Notes: a model not told the origin generated them from the sequence alone. A stretch of 63,203 bases of DNA from a virus (IMGVR_UViG_3300027969_000101:1-63203), one strand, 5' to 3'; numbered from the stretch's first letter, positions 45,545 through 57,046 are shown. Program-made: numbers and translations.

Positions 45545-45985
45545 ATGAAAATTGGACTAAGTTACAGTCGGTGTATTAGAGACATTGTTGACGGTAAAGT
45601 AAACATTGACGATGTTCTAGTTCTTATTACTCGTACAGATTTTGATCCGCATGATGACGAACAATGGTCGGGTATTTGGCTTGGTTACGGTGGCGGCTCA
45701 GATAATGCTTACAGTCGCGGATTCTTTGCCCAAAGTAATCCTGAATGGGCAGGGTACCACAACGAGGATCAGTTCCGTAGTATCAGTATTGAACTTTGGG
45801 AAAGAGGTCTGTTACACCAACCTCGCAAGTTTGGTGCTCATCCTGCTCGTCGACCAGAAATTTGGCTAGAAGCAGTATTGCCAAATAGCGAGCTGGAATC
45901 CAATCCAGCCGCAAAAGCCGCTTGGGATAAGTTTCAAACTATCGCAAGTCTTACTAACGTAAAATTAGATGAAAGCTACAAGTGA
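45545..45985 (+). CDS. Hypothetical protein
   Basis: GAGG RBS, co-oriented. Confidence 0.6.
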   Translation: MKIGLSYSRCIRDIVDGKVNIDDVLVLITRTDFDPHDDEQWSGIWLGYGGGSDNAYSRGFFAQSNPEWAGYHNEDQFRSISIELWERGLLHQPRKFGAHPARRPEIWLEAVLPNSELESNPAAKAAWDKFQTIASLTNVKLDESYK

Positions 45986-46392
45986 AATATCTATCGCTTC
46001 TTGCTGTCCTAATCTTGGTGGGGTGCGGACCCTATCCTGAGCCAAAAGACTTATATCAGACATCTCGGAAAGACGAGGCGTTTGCAGTTGACGAAACTGG
46101 TTGCAACATTAAACAATCTAGCCAATTAGTAACTGAACATAAAGTCGGAGCCATTACTAATCTAATTAAAGAAGAAATTGAATGGGGCATGAAGAACGAA
46201 TGTAATGTTAAATTTGACATTACAGTCAATGGCGAAAAGCATTATTTGGAAGGATCTCATACCGGACTTGAACAAATGGCTAGCGTGTGCCGAAAGGCTA
46301 GAGATAAAGCACGTAATGATTTGCTTTTGGATTTGGGTGGCAATTTTAAAGCCGAATCAACCATCCGATGTAGAGTTAAAGACACTGTATAA
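45982..46392 (+). CDS. Lipoprotein
   Basis: LVGC lipobox. Confidence 0.6.
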   Translation: MKYLSLLAVLILVGCGPYPEPKDLYQTSRKDEAFAVDETGCNIKQSSQLVTEHKVGAITNLIKEEIEWGMKNECNVKFDITVNGEKHYLEGSHTGLEQMASVCRKARDKARNDLLLDLGGNFKAESTIRCRVKDTV

Positions 46393-46593
46393 TTTGGCTA
46401 AACTCGATATTGACATTTAGTTTGCCAGGTGTTACAATATGAACATATTAACACACAGAGAGGCTTTTATGAAGGCGTTTATAGCAGGCACAGTTTTTGG
46501 ACTAGTTCTAGCAACGGTAGGATTTTCCGGCCTTGCTCGTATGTTGGACAAAGGCGTAGACACAGTTAAAACACAGAGTCAGGAGTTGGCAAA

Positions 46594-46716
46594 ATGAAAT
46601 CAGTATTAGTCATTTTAACACTTTTAGCCCTTACCGCTTGCTCAACTGTAGCAGGAGTCGGTCAGGATATTAAATCGTCCGCAGAATGGACAAAAGATAA
46701 GATGGGTGGCAAATAA
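46594..46716 (+). CDS. Entericidin EcnA/B-like lipoprotein (not in ORF track)
   Basis: LTACSTVAGVGQDIK. Confidence 0.7.
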   Translation: MKSVLVILTLLALTACSTVAGVGQDIKSSAEWTKDKMGGK

Positions 46717-47267
46717 TGAAAACACTATTACTAATTCCAATCGTTGCAGTTTTGGCAGCTTGTGGTACTACCGATCCTTACGGTAAACGGGCTGAACAAG
46801 AGCGTGAGTATAAAACCAAACAAGTTGAACGAGTAATCGACGAATCACCAAAATGGATGACTAAACCTCCTACTAGCGCATCAGCTGTTTATGCTGGCGG
46901 CACTAGTCGTAGCGGAGACTACTCAATGGCTGTACATAAAGCTAAGGCAGATGCATATGGTAAAATCTGTATGACTGCTGGGGGTACTGCTAGCCAAAGA
47001 ACAAAGATTTATAAAGCAGACACTTTCCAATCTAGTTCAGAGTTGAGTGAAATGGTTATACGGACTAGTTGTAAAGAAGTGGATATTACCGGGGTTGAAG
47101 TTGCAGAGAAAAAGATTGTAAACGAAGGTGGTTACTATCGGGCATACGTTTTGATTGCTTTGCCAACGGGCGATGCTAACATTCTAAAGAAGGCTAAAGA
47201 GCAAGAAAGGCTAAACGAAATTACAGCCAAACGTGCTCCAGAAGCATTTAAAGAATTAGATCGGTAA
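46716..47267 (+). CDS. Lipoprotein (LPP20-like)
   Basis: LAAC lipobox, PKW motif. Confidence 0.6.
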   Translation: MKTLLLIPIVAVLAACGTTDPYGKRAEQEREYKTKQVERVIDESPKWMTKPPTSASAVYAGGTSRSGDYSMAVHKAKADAYGKICMTAGGTASQRTKIYKADTFQSSSELSEMVIRTSCKEVDITGVEVAEKKIVNEGGYYRAYVLIALPTGDANILKKAKEQERLNEITAKRAPEAFKELDR

Positions 47268-47417
47268 CATAGTAAAAGGTGTTGTGTTAAACCAACACCT
47301 TTTACTATGGCTAATTTAGACTCAATGACTTCGTATTTTGGACTCATTGACTGTTGACAGAAGTTAGGTACTTTGCTATAATATACACATACACTAACAA
47401 ACACAGAGAGATTTTAA

Positions 47418-49574
47418 ATGATTATTAATAGCGCACCACAAAATCAAGCAGTTTTGAGCAACGTTGGTGAAATCGGCGAGTTCCGTATCCGTAACTCAGC
47501 TAAAGCATTTAACATTTTGAGCTCGGGCCTGTACGCAAACAAAGTCCGTGCTATTATCCGCGAATTGAGCTGTAACGCTGTAGACAGCCATACTGCCGCA
47601 GGTAAACAAGATACCCCCTTTGATGTACACTTGCCTAATCAATTAGAACCTTGGTTTGCTATTCGTGACTATGGAACAGGACTTACACATGAACAAGTTA
47701 CATCAATTTATACAACTTATTTCGAATCCACTAAAACTGATAGTAATGATTTTATCGGTGCTCTTGGTCTTGGCTCAAAGTCACCATTTTCTTACACGGA
47801 TAACTTTACAGTAACCGCAATCAAAGATAACAAGAAGGGTATCTACTCTGCGTTCATTAATGAAGCAGGTGTACCTAGCATTGCACAAATGATGACTGAA
47901 GAAACGACCGAACCAGCAGGAGTTGAAGTTAAATTCAGCGTCAATGATCGTTATGACTTTAGTAAGTTTGTTGACGAAGCCCGCATAGTCTATACTTATT
48001 TTAAATTGCGCCCGGTTGTAAGTGGTGTAAGCAATTTTGAATTCCGTGGAGTAACATACGAAACAGAAAACATTGTTCAAGGAGTTCACTCGTACAAAGA
48101 ATCTCGCCGTAGTGTTGCTATCATGGGCAATATTGCATATCCCATCGAAATTCCTAATGCAGACCAATCACTCGGTGATTTGCGTAATTTGTTGAGCTGT
48201 GGGTTGGAAATGCACTTTACGATTGGCGAATTGGACTTCCAAGCGTCACGCGAAGGTTTGTCATATATTCCTAGCACCGTTGATGCTATCAAACGTAAGT
48301 TGGTAGCAGTTAATGCGGCATTAGCTGTAGTAATTGCCAAAGAAGCAGATGCCATTCCTAACTTATGGGATCGTGCTCTACACTTGCAAAAGAAGTATAG
48401 TAACCAACTATGGCAAACTGCTATCAAGAAGTATGTTGCTGATTCTAAACTGCCTACATTTGATGACAGTCGTTACGGTGGCACGGCAACATTTAAGTTA
48501 GGCATTGATGACCTTGCTAAAAAGTATAACATCAGTATTCGTGGTTTTAACTATGCCAAGCATACCAAGGCATTTCCTAATCGTAAACACGATATGGATC
48601 ATACACCAAAAGCTGGTGGTGGATATGATTACATTCCGTACTGGGGTATTACAGTTGAAAAGCATATTCAGTTTATCATTAACGATACCAAAGTTGGTGC
48701 TGTTGAACGTGCTAAGTTTCATTATCGTTCATCTAAACCAGATGTTGGTGCTGTAGTTTTTGTCATTGACAGAGTAGATAAAAACAAAGACATGAATGTT
48801 AAGGCATTCTTCAAGGCTATTTGTAATCCTCCTGCAGATCGAATTATGCAGGCGGGTGCGCTTTTGAAGAAAGAACGTGCTGACAGTGGCTTGGGTAAGA
48901 ACGTTACCATCCTTGCTCTGCAAGAGCGTGGTTCAGGTGGCTACTATCGTGAACGCGAAATGGTTTGGCGTGATGCTGGCAAGGCTGATAGCTTTGACGA
49001 TAACACTACTTACTACTATTTGCCACTCAGTGGTTTTGAAGTTCAAAGTGCTCACGGCATGGCCAACGTCAAAGAGTTTTACAACGATTTGAAAGAGTGT
49101 GGTTTAGATGGTTTAAAAACTACAATCTATGGTGTGCGTAAAGGTGACATTGAGTTTATTAAAACTCAATCTAACTGGATCAACATCGAAGACCATATTG
49201 TTAGTATTTTGAGCAAGCCCGTTGACAACAAACTTATTATGAGTTTGGTGTTACAGGCTGTTGACAATTTTAACTTACTTAGCTATACTAGCAATATTGT
49301 AGACGCCGTCACTAATCCTAATAGCCCATATACTAAATTGGTAACACAATTTAAGGGCTTTGAAAAGATTCGTTATAGCGAACTAAGTTTGAAGCGTTTG
49401 TGCCAACGTTATGCTAAAAGTGTAAATTTTAGTCCAGAAGCACAAGTACAAAAGTTTACTGATGCATGTGCAACCATTGGTAAACGTTATCCGTTACTAG
49501 CCTACTTGCGTAGTGCTCCTAACACAGATGTTGCCGAATATATTAATTTGATTGATACACAGAAAGGTATTTAA
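47418..49574 (+). CDS. rIIA: rIIA-like protein (GHKL ATPase N-terminus)
   Basis: LYANKVRAIIRELSCNAVDSH, RDYGTGL, STK..IGALGLGSKSPFSY. Confidence 0.9.
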   Translation: MIINSAPQNQAVLSNVGEIGEFRIRNSAKAFNILSSGLYANKVRAIIRELSCNAVDSHTAAGKQDTPFDVHLPNQLEPWFAIRDYGTGLTHEQVTSIYTTYFESTKTDSNDFIGALGLGSKSPFSYTDNFTVTAIKDNKKGIYSAFINEAGVPSIAQMMTEETTEPAGVEVKFSVNDRYDFSKFVDEARIVYTYFKLRPVVSGVSNFEFRGVTYETENIVQGVHSYKESRRSVAIMGNIAYPIEIPNADQSLGDLRNLLSCGLEMHFTIGELDFQASREGLSYIPSTVDAIKRKLVAVNAALAVVIAKEADAIPNLWDRALHLQKKYSNQLWQTAIKKYVADSKLPTFDDSRYGGTATFKLGIDDLAKKYNISIRGFNYAKHTKAFPNRKHDMDHTPKAGGGYDYIPYWGITVEKHIQFIINDTKVGAVERAKFHYRSSKPDVGAVVFVIDRVDKNKDMNVKAFFKAICNPPADRIMQAGALLKKERADSGLGKNVTILALQERGSGGYYREREMVWRDAGKADSFDDNTTYYYLPLSGFEVQSAHGMANVKEFYNDLKECGLDGLKTTIYGVRKGDIEFIKTQSNWINIEDHIVSILSKPVDNKLIMSLVLQAVDNFNLLSYTSNIVDAVTNPNSPYTKLVTQFKGFEKIRYSELSLKRLCQRYAKSVNFSPEAQVQKFTDACATIGKRYPLLAYLRSAPNTDVAEYINLIDTQKGI

Positions 49575-49575
49575 A

Positions 49576-50496
49576 ATGAGCTATCCATATTTGATCCAAG
49601 GCAATAATGTTGTTGTCGTTATCGGTAACAAGAGCCATACTATTAGTAAAACGCATATCACATACCAAAAGGTAATTGATGCGATTAAAGCAGGTGACTG
49701 GGATTCGCTTCCAGACGTCATCGAACCTAAAAAGGTTGTATTGAACTACGGACAAGGCAATGTGTCTATCCAAGGTGAAACCCTGTTCTGGAAAGGTAAA
49801 GAACTGAACACCGGTTTGTCAGTGCGTATGATCCAGATGTTGCAAGAAGGCTTCCCAATTGAGCCTATGGTTAACTTTATGGAGAACTTGTACAAGAATC
49901 CATCTAAGCGAGCTGTTACTGAATTGTATGGCTTTTTGGAAAAGAGCAACTTGCCAATTACTCCAGACGGTCACTTCTTAGCGTACAAACGTGTGCGTGA
50001 AGATTATAAAGACTGCCATACAGGCACAATGGATAACGCTATTGGATTAGTAGTTGAAATGGAACGGCATGATGTTGACGATAACAAAGACAATACTTGT
50101 TCAACGGGTTTACACTTCTGCGCTATGAGCTACTTGTCTAGTTTCGGTGGTGCTCGAACAATTATTGTTAAGATTAATCCAGCAGATGTTGTAAGCATTC
50201 CAAGTGACTATAATGATGCTAAAGGTCGTGCTTGCCGCTATGAAGTTATTGGCGAAGTTGACGCAGACAAAGTTGAGCAGGCATTTACACGCTCAGTTCA
50301 GCGAACTGCTAATAGTGATGTTCCAACAGGCGATACTCCATTCAAACATGGTTATCATGACGGGTATCACGGTAGCGAATATGACCCTGATAAGTACTCT
50401 TGGTACAAAGATCAAACTGATTATGAAGAAGGGTTTGATAAAGGATCTGCTCATGCTCGTGAAGGTACCCCTGAACGCTATCGTTATATTGGTTAA
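49576..50496 (+). CDS. rIIB: rIIB-like protein
   Basis: ITPDGHFLAYK, CSTGLH, VKINPADVVSIP.DY..KGRACRYEV; follows rIIA. Confidence 0.9.
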   Translation: MSYPYLIQGNNVVVVIGNKSHTISKTHITYQKVIDAIKAGDWDSLPDVIEPKKVVLNYGQGNVSIQGETLFWKGKELNTGLSVRMIQMLQEGFPIEPMVNFMENLYKNPSKRAVTELYGFLEKSNLPITPDGHFLAYKRVREDYKDCHTGTMDNAIGLVVEMERHDVDDNKDNTCSTGLHFCAMSYLSSFGGARTIIVKINPADVVSIPSDYNDAKGRACRYEVIGEVDADKVEQAFTRSVQRTANSDVPTGDTPFKHGYHDGYHGSEYDPDKYSWYKDQTDYEEGFDKGSAHAREGTPERYRYIG

Positions 50497-50718
50497 AATA
50501 ATGACCACATATAACGAAATTGAACTTATGGAAATGGCTCGTGATTACGAAGCCATGGAACGAGTAGCATTACAAGACGCAGAAGAATTGCGTCAGTTGC
50601 GTGAGGGTGAACGTATTATTGTTCCACACAATTTAGAACACGCCCGCACAATGTTCAAGTTGGCTAGTTTTTATCTTAGTCAACACGACAAAAAGTTTGC
50701 TTTAACAATGGAAATGCT

Positions 50719-51009
50719 ATGAAGACCTTTGATACATTTGAGCAAGTAGACAATATGGGTACTTGTGTCAAGCGACCCATAATTGTCCACGCTAAAAAAA
50801 TTGATGAAGAATTTCGAGTTAATACATTGGAGGGCAATTATAAACAAGGCAAGCCTGGAGATTACCTTATGAAAGGTATTGACGGAGAATTGTACATTTG
50901 TGATGGTCCTATCTTTGAACGTACTTACGACTTTGTATCATTAACAACGATGGCGAGTGTTGGTGCGGACAGCGTTGGGATGGTACAAAGATGTGTTTCC
51001 CCGTTTTAG
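50719..51009 (+). CDS. PGDYG-domain protein
   Basis: TLEG..GKPGDY..GIDGELY..IFERTY. Confidence 0.7.
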   Translation: MKTFDTFEQVDNMGTCVKRPIIVHAKKIDEEFRVNTLEGNYKQGKPGDYLMKGIDGELYICDGPIFERTYDFVSLTTMASVGADSVGMVQRCVSPF

Positions 51010-51033
51010 AAACTGAAAAGAAAGAAGACAAAG

Positions 51034-51288
51034 ATGTTTGATTGGTTTAAAAAGCCTGACTACGCTAATGTAGTTCCAATTTTTCCGGATCAGGTTCCGT
51101 TTATTAAAGAGCCGATACCAGAAAAAGATCCAACTACTTATTACAGTATTGGACACACAGACGACAATCGTGTAACCCTTAGAATGGGTTACACTACACT
51201 TACTATGAATTATGACGGTGTACAAAATCTTATTGATCAACTAGCGTTGTATCAAAAACAATTAAAACAAGAGGAAGATAATGCCTAA
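51034..51288 (+). CDS. Hypothetical protein
   Basis: Co-oriented ORF. Confidence 0.55.
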   Translation: MFDWFKKPDYANVVPIFPDQVPFIKEPIPEKDPTTYYSIGHTDDNRVTLRMGYTTLTMNYDGVQNLIDQLALYQKQLKQEEDNA

Positions 51289-51871
51289 TTTAGTACCAAT
51301 GGTTATCGAGCAAGAAGCTCGCGGAGAACGTAGTTATGACATTTACAGTCGCTTGCTCAAAGATCGTATTGTTATGCTTGATACAGATGTTAACGAACAT
51401 ACTGCTAGTTTACTTGTGGCTCAGCTACTATTTTTAGAAAGCCAGGGTAATGAAGATATCACTATGTTCATTAACAGCCCGGGTGGGGTTGTTACTGCCG
51501 GCATGGCAATTTATGACACCATGCAGTTTATCAAGCCCGATGTTTCCACGGTTGTTATGGGTCAGGCTTGCAGTATGGGTTCCTTGCTTGCTACTGCCGG
51601 GGCCCCCGGCAAACGCAAAATGCTTCCAAATGCTCGTCACATGATTCACCAACCTAGTGGTGGCGCAGGTGGGCAAGCTACAGACATGGAAATTCAAGTT
51701 GAAGAGATTCTTAAAATGAAAAAGAATCTAACCCAAATTTATGTAGATCATAATAGTAAGGGTAAAACTTACGAACAGTTTAAAAACGATATGGAACGTG
51801 ATAAATTTATGGGTGCGCAAGAGGCTCTAGAATACGGTTTGATTGACGAAATTATTAGAAAACGCCCATAA
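51281..51871 (+). CDS. clpP: ATP-dependent Clp protease proteolytic subunit
   Basis: [31 protein letters not shown]. Confidence 0.96.
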   Translation: MPNLVPMVIEQEARGERSYDIYSRLLKDRIVMLDTDVNEHTASLLVAQLLFLESQGNEDITMFINSPGGVVTAGMAIYDTMQFIKPDVSTVVMGQACSMGSLLATAGAPGKRKMLPNARHMIHQPSGGAGGQATDMEIQVEEILKMKKNLTQIYVDHNSKGKTYEQFKNDMERDKFMGAQEALEYGLIDEIIRKRP

Positions 51872-51930
51872 AGTGCGTATATAATGGAAAGCTGTAGTAC
51901 ACTATAAATACTAATGTCTAGGAGTGTGCT

Positions 51931-52659
51931 ATGGCCCGTCAGGCTTTTAATTGGTCCGAACTGGATCGCGATACTTTGTACTCGATGCTTTACAAACTCA
52001 AATCAGAGATTGTAGATACACGGTTACCTATTGGTGAAATTATCAGTATTATAAGCAAACACATCAAACAACATCTTCCAGTTAAAGTTCGAACTCGTAG
52101 ACATAATCCTGTTAAGCCAGGCGAGGTTTGGATTGGTGGTGCTTATTACAGCCATTTAGACAAGGCAAAAAAGAAACGTTTTATTGAAATAGAACTAGCA
52201 TTTCCAACTGATGTTCAAACTATGAAAACTAGTACATATCGTTGGGAACGTATTTGTACACTATTTGCGGATACTATTCTACACGAAATTATACATACAC
52301 GTCAATACCGGTCTAGAAACTTTAAAGATATCCCAGGATACGAAAGTACAGCTTACTATGCCAAAGATCGAGCTTGGCAACAGTATTATGGTGACAGAGA
52401 TGAAATGGGTGCCCACTCATTTAACATTGCTCAAGACATGATTGATAAATTTGAGTTTGATCCAAAAGCTATTAAAGAATATTTGGACAGCCCTGTTCCA
52501 AAAAGAGTTCGTCCAAACGGTTGGGGACGTTTTATGAAATCTTTTGAGTATGATCACAATCATCCAAAAGTTATTCAAATGAAGCGTAAGATAATGACCC
52601 AACTAGAAAATGCCTATTACGGCAAACCATTTAAGACAACAAATCATTTGACATACTGA
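51931..52659 (+). CDS. HExxH zincin-like protein
   Basis: LHEIIHTRQ..DEMGAH; TATAAATA late promoter upstream. Confidence 0.55.
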   Translation: MARQAFNWSELDRDTLYSMLYKLKSEIVDTRLPIGEIISIISKHIKQHLPVKVRTRRHNPVKPGEVWIGGAYYSHLDKAKKKRFIEIELAFPTDVQTMKTSTYRWERICTLFADTILHEIIHTRQYRSRNFKDIPGYESTAYYAKDRAWQQYYGDRDEMGAHSFNIAQDMIDKFEFDPKAIKEYLDSPVPKRVRPNGWGRFMKSFEYDHNHPKVIQMKRKIMTQLENAYYGKPFKTTNHLTY

Positions 52660-52708
52660 TAATTAGACTGTATAATATAAACTTAAACAGTTAATTATTG
52701 GAGTCGAT

Positions 52709-54034
52709 ATGAGCGTTTGTGCAAGCCACATCTGGGATTTGGAAAGTCATCCTTCCCGTCTAAACAAAGAAGCAATTATTCTAGCCATTGCAGAAGAAGG
52801 CAATAAAGAATTCTTCGAAGGTTGTCGCCTAGCTTTTGATCCAATGATTACCTTTGGCATTAAACAAGTTCCAGAGAAAACAGATGCAGATGGCGCTGGC
52901 TTACCTTGGGATAGTTTCACTCTTGCTCTTACTGGTTTTGTCACACGTCAAGTTACCGGTAACACAGCACGTGATGTAATTGCCGCTATGATGAAGTCAG
53001 CTACCAAAAAAGAATGGAATGGTTGGTATCGTCGCATACTGATCAAAGACTTGCGAGCAGGATTCAGCGAAAAAACAATCAACAAAGTGGTGGAGAAGAA
53101 GTATGCTGACTATGCTATTCCTGTATTCGGTTGTCAGCTTGCTCATGATAGTGCTAATCATGAGTCAAAGGTATCGGGCAAAAAACTTATCGAAGTTAAA
53201 CTCGATGGAGTTAGAGTCATTACTATTGTACGTAGTGATGGTCGTGTGGATATGTTCAGTCGAAATGGTAAAGAACTTGCTAATTTTCCGCACATTGTAG
53301 AACAGATTAGTAATGTAGTTAAAGCAAAGTCTACAAGCAAAGATATGGATCTAGTGCTAGACGGTGAGATCATGTCAAGCAGTTTCCAAGACTTAATGAC
53401 ACAGGTACATCGTAAGAGCGATGTTAAAGCCAACGATGCTATTCTTAATCTGTTTGACGTATTACCTTTAGAAGATTTTGAAAAAGGTATATACAATAAA
53501 ACTCAACGTGTGCGTAGCACAATGGTTAGTTTTTGGGTTGACCAAAACAAAGAACAGTTGCCCAATGTAACTGCTCTTACTAATGAAGAAGTTGATTTGG
53601 ATACTACAGAAGGCCAAGCTCGTTACAAAGAAATTAATGCCAAGGCAGTTGCCGGAGGCTACGAAGGTATTATGATTAAAGATCCAGAAGCTGGATACGA
53701 GTGTAAGCGGTCAGTGGCATGGCTTAAACTTAAACCATTTATTGAAGTTAGTTTGTCAATAGTTGAAGTTGAAGAAGGTACAGGAAAAAACGTAGGTCGT
53801 TTAGGCGCATTTGTATGCGAGGGAGAAGATGATGGTAAACTTATTAGAGTCAATGTCGGAAGCGGATTTAGCGATGATAATCGCATTACTTATTGGGCCG
53901 GTCGGGATAACCTTATCGGTAATATTGTCGAAGTACGTGCAGACGCTGTTACACAAAATCAAGACGGATCGTACAGTCTAAGGTTTCCACGCTTTAAAGG
54001 ATTCCGTGGATTTGAGGTTGGTGAAAAGATTTAA
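52709..54034 (+). CDS. ATP-dependent DNA ligase
   Basis: EVKLDGVR, LDGE, FD, EGIMIK, WLKLK, SLRFPRF. Confidence 0.95.
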   Translation: MSVCASHIWDLESHPSRLNKEAIILAIAEEGNKEFFEGCRLAFDPMITFGIKQVPEKTDADGAGLPWDSFTLALTGFVTRQVTGNTARDVIAAMMKSATKKEWNGWYRRILIKDLRAGFSEKTINKVVEKKYADYAIPVFGCQLAHDSANHESKVSGKKLIEVKLDGVRVITIVRSDGRVDMFSRNGKELANFPHIVEQISNVVKAKSTSKDMDLVLDGEIMSSSFQDLMTQVHRKSDVKANDAILNLFDVLPLEDFEKGIYNKTQRVRSTMVSFWVDQNKEQLPNVTALTNEEVDLDTTEGQARYKEINAKAVAGGYEGIMIKDPEAGYECKRSVAWLKLKPFIEVSLSIVEVEEGTGKNVGRLGAFVCEGEDDGKLIRVNVGSGFSDDNRITYWAGRDNLIGNIVEVRADAVTQNQDGSYSLRFPRFKGFRGFEVGEKI

Positions 54035-54278
54035 TGAATACTGCACGTATTGTTGTTGTTAGTTGTACAATATGCCTTTCACTATTATTTGGGTTAGGCC
54101 AAAGTCCAACCGTTGAGACAGTACATACTAAAAGTTTTTGTGCATACAATAGAGTATTTGTTGAGTTTGAAGAAGGAAATAAACGTTGGGGAGCGTTATT
54201 GTTAGATCGTGACGGTAGACCTATTCCGTGCGATGAAGATAATTTACCCAAAGAAAAAACAAAAAATAGAGGAATAAT

Positions 54279-54656
54279 ATGACAAATCCGTTTCGTGATC
54301 AAGAGAAGTTTATGAAAGCCTGCGATCAAACTACAGGCGGAGAATTTGATCAGGCTCAATTTAAAATGTATCTTGGATTGATTGAAGAAGAATACAAAGA
54401 GCTTAAAGAAGCTGTTAATAATCATGATCAACTAGAAACACTAGATGCACTTATTGATATTCTAGTTGTTACTATTGGTACAATACATAGCATGGGCAGT
54501 GATGCCGAGGGTGCATGGAAAGAAGTAATGCAGACTAATTTTGCCAAGATCGATAAAGATACAGGCAAAGTACGCAAACGTGAGGATGGTAAGGTCCTTA
54601 AGCCAGTGGGTTGGGTTGCTCCTGACTTGACCCCATTTGTAGGAAAACAACTATGA
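54279..54656 (+). CDS. MazG-like/PRA-PH NTP pyrophosphohydrolase
   Basis: EEEYKEL..DALID..N.AK..REDGKVLKP. Confidence 0.85.
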   Translation: MTNPFRDQEKFMKACDQTTGGEFDQAQFKMYLGLIEEEYKELKEAVNNHDQLETLDALIDILVVTIGTIHSMGSDAEGAWKEVMQTNFAKIDKDTGKVRKREDGKVLKPVGWVAPDLTPFVGKQL

Positions 54657-55369
54657 CGATTGATGTATACTGGAGTAGATCAAATCCCATATGTGGAGAA
54701 ACTATTACCATGTCCCCGTTGCGGTTTTATCCTCCCGAACCGTTAATGAAACACATTGACTATAAAGAATTCTTTGGCCCACAAGTTTCTAAGTGCCCTG
54801 CTATTATAGACGACTTAAAAAATATTTTTGTCATTAAAAGTCCAGTTGACTTAAATATTATTATAACAGATAATAATGTAGAAATTGAAGGACAATCTTT
54901 AGATTTTGCTCAAGCATTTTTGGGCGGACCGCAGGGTAAAGCTGGAATTCATCAGTTAGGTATGGGATATAATTTTTTTGCAGAAAAAAGTCTCAAAGTA
55001 ACGCAATTGCCTGCTTACTATGATTCAAACGGATTTACTGAAAACACGCATCAAATCACTGCTAGTTTTGATGCGGGCCGTTGGTTCCGTACTTCTGGCA
55101 AACCTACGTTTGTATTCAAACCAGGAAATCGTACTATCAGTCTTAAAGAAGGCGAAGCATTAATGTATTTTAAATTTAATACCGACGAAAAGGTGAAGCT
55201 GATAGAGTTTGAAGAAACCCCAGAAATGCAAAAGTTAGCAAACATCTGTGCAACATTAAAATTTCATTCGCAGGGAATTTCCCCGCTAGCTGAGTGCTAC
55301 GAATACTTTGATCGATATAATATGCGTAGAAGAGTTCTTAAAGCAATTAAAGCTCAAAAATTAAAATAA
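54653..55369 (+). CDS. Hypothetical protein
   Basis: Coupled ORF. Confidence 0.55.
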   Translation: MTIDVYWSRSNPICGETITMSPLRFYPPEPLMKHIDYKEFFGPQVSKCPAIIDDLKNIFVIKSPVDLNIIITDNNVEIEGQSLDFAQAFLGGPQGKAGIHQLGMGYNFFAEKSLKVTQLPAYYDSNGFTENTHQITASFDAGRWFRTSGKPTFVFKPGNRTISLKEGEALMYFKFNTDEKVKLIEFEETPEMQKLANICATLKFHSQGISPLAECYEYFDRYNMRRRVLKAIKAQKLK

Positions 55370-55389
55370 TTTATTCAAAGGAGAAAACT

Positions 55390-56088
55390 ATGTTTGGTGC
55401 AAATTATTCAAGCGATGGTATTGTTAACTATCGCACCGCAGGAGAAGTAAATCAAGCAATGGGTCGAGTCTATGGACATATGAGCCTCGCTGTCATTGTA
55501 TCAATGTTGGTCAGTTATTTTGTAGGTACTAGCCCTGAGTTGTTACAATTCTTTTTTACAGGTGTGCTAAAGTGGATTGTAATTTTTGCACCGCTTGTGG
55601 CAATTTTTGGTATTAGTTTTGTGCTAGGAAATAATCCTAGTAAAGAGGTTGCTCAATTGTGTTTACACGGCTTTGCGGCTTTGATGGGACTGAGCTTTGC
55701 CACAATCTTTGCCATATTCACTATGGGCAGTATTGTTTCAGCATTTATGGGCGCGGCCATCTTATTTGGTGTAATGAGTGGCTATGGATACTTTACTAAA
55801 CAGAATCTAGATAGCATTGGCAAGTTTATGTTCGTGGGATTGATTGCTATTGTTATTGCCAGCATTGTTAATATCTTTATCGGATCAACTATAATGCAAA
55901 TGGTTATTAGTGCATTGGCTATTATCATCTTCTTAGGCCTAACTGCTTATGACACACAGCAGATTCGTGAAGCAGTTAGTGTTGACACTAGTCCGGCTGT
56001 GGAAGTAACTGGTGCGTTAACCTTATATATGGACTTTATCAACTTGTTTATTAACTTGTTACAGTTGTTTGGAGATAAGAAAGAGTAA
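55390..56088 (+). CDS. Bax inhibitor-1/YccA family membrane protein
   Basis: Seven TM segments; LTAYDTQQI, ALTLYMDFINLF. Confidence 0.92.
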   Translation: MFGANYSSDGIVNYRTAGEVNQAMGRVYGHMSLAVIVSMLVSYFVGTSPELLQFFFTGVLKWIVIFAPLVAIFGISFVLGNNPSKEVAQLCLHGFAALMGLSFATIFAIFTMGSIVSAFMGAAILFGVMSGYGYFTKQNLDSIGKFMFVGLIAIVIASIVNIFIGSTIMQMVISALAIIIFLGLTAYDTQQIREAVSVDTSPAVEVTGALTLYMDFINLFINLLQLFGDKKE

Positions 56089-56218
56089 TGTGGTTAGTAA
56101 AATATTATCAAAATGGGGGTCGACTAATGTCTAAGTATTTTAGCAACCTCCACGAAGCAACAGCATTTGCTGTATATGAGGCACCGTTTGAAAGTGTACA
56201 TTCAATGGATTTAATAAA

Positions 56219-57046
56219 ATGAGATCAAATTACTGGACTATTGGGCCATTTGCAGATTGGCTTCGGGGTACACCTAAACTTAAGATGGGTACTAGCGAAG
56301 AGTGGAATGCTTGGGAGGATAACGCCAAAGCCGCACACCCTATTCGTTGGTGGATTGCCGAAGAGGGGTTAGACTACCTTCAAAAGTTTGTTTATTACAT
56401 ACCGGATCGTTTAAATGATGTTAGATATTATATTAATAATCGTTGGGTTAGTCGCAGTCATAGTCTTACTGCTCATGTTCGGGATATTCGTCCTGGCGCT
56501 TGGAGCGATGTTGGGAATCGATTCCTTCCATGCCTATTTAATGAGTTTCAAGACTTTGTCGAAATAGAGCAAGCGTGGCATCACTGCATGTGGAGCGATG
56601 ATGCTAAAACTAAGTTTGATGTCCCGTGGTATCGTAGTGGTTGGTTCCGTTGGCGAACATGGCGTTGTCCAGAAGCTGGTTTAGAATACCTTAATTGGGC
56701 AAGCAATCTTACTAACGAAGAATTTTGCGAACCAGGACAGACTCCCGAATTAACTTCTCAGGCTGAGTCTGCTAGAGAAATACTAAGTCTATACTATTGG
56801 TGGACAAAAGAGTATCGTAATCGTCCTGATCCATATGAAGCCAGTGGTTGGACTGCTTACTGTGAAGCAAGTCGTGAGGCCAATGGCGGCCGCCTAAATT
56901 TTGGTGCAGATGATAAGACTCCTGAACTTAAAGAAATGAGTAACAATACACATAAATCGCTCCGTGAAATGGAAGAGGCTTACGAAAAAGAAGATGAAGC
57001 AATGATGATTCGACTTATCAAGATTCGTCAAAGCCTATGGACGTAG
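56219..57046 (+). CDS. Conserved Trp-rich phage protein
   Basis: Long ORF with phage-like codon usage. Confidence 0.65.
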   Translation: MRSNYWTIGPFADWLRGTPKLKMGTSEEWNAWEDNAKAAHPIRWWIAEEGLDYLQKFVYYIPDRLNDVRYYINNRWVSRSHSLTAHVRDIRPGAWSDVGNRFLPCLFNEFQDFVEIEQAWHHCMWSDDAKTKFDVPWYRSGWFRWRTWRCPEAGLEYLNWASNLTNEEFCEPGQTPELTSQAESAREILSLYYWWTKEYRNRPDPYEASGWTAYCEASREANGGRLNFGADDKTPELKEMSNNTHKSLREMEEAYEKEDEAMMIRLIKIRQSLWT

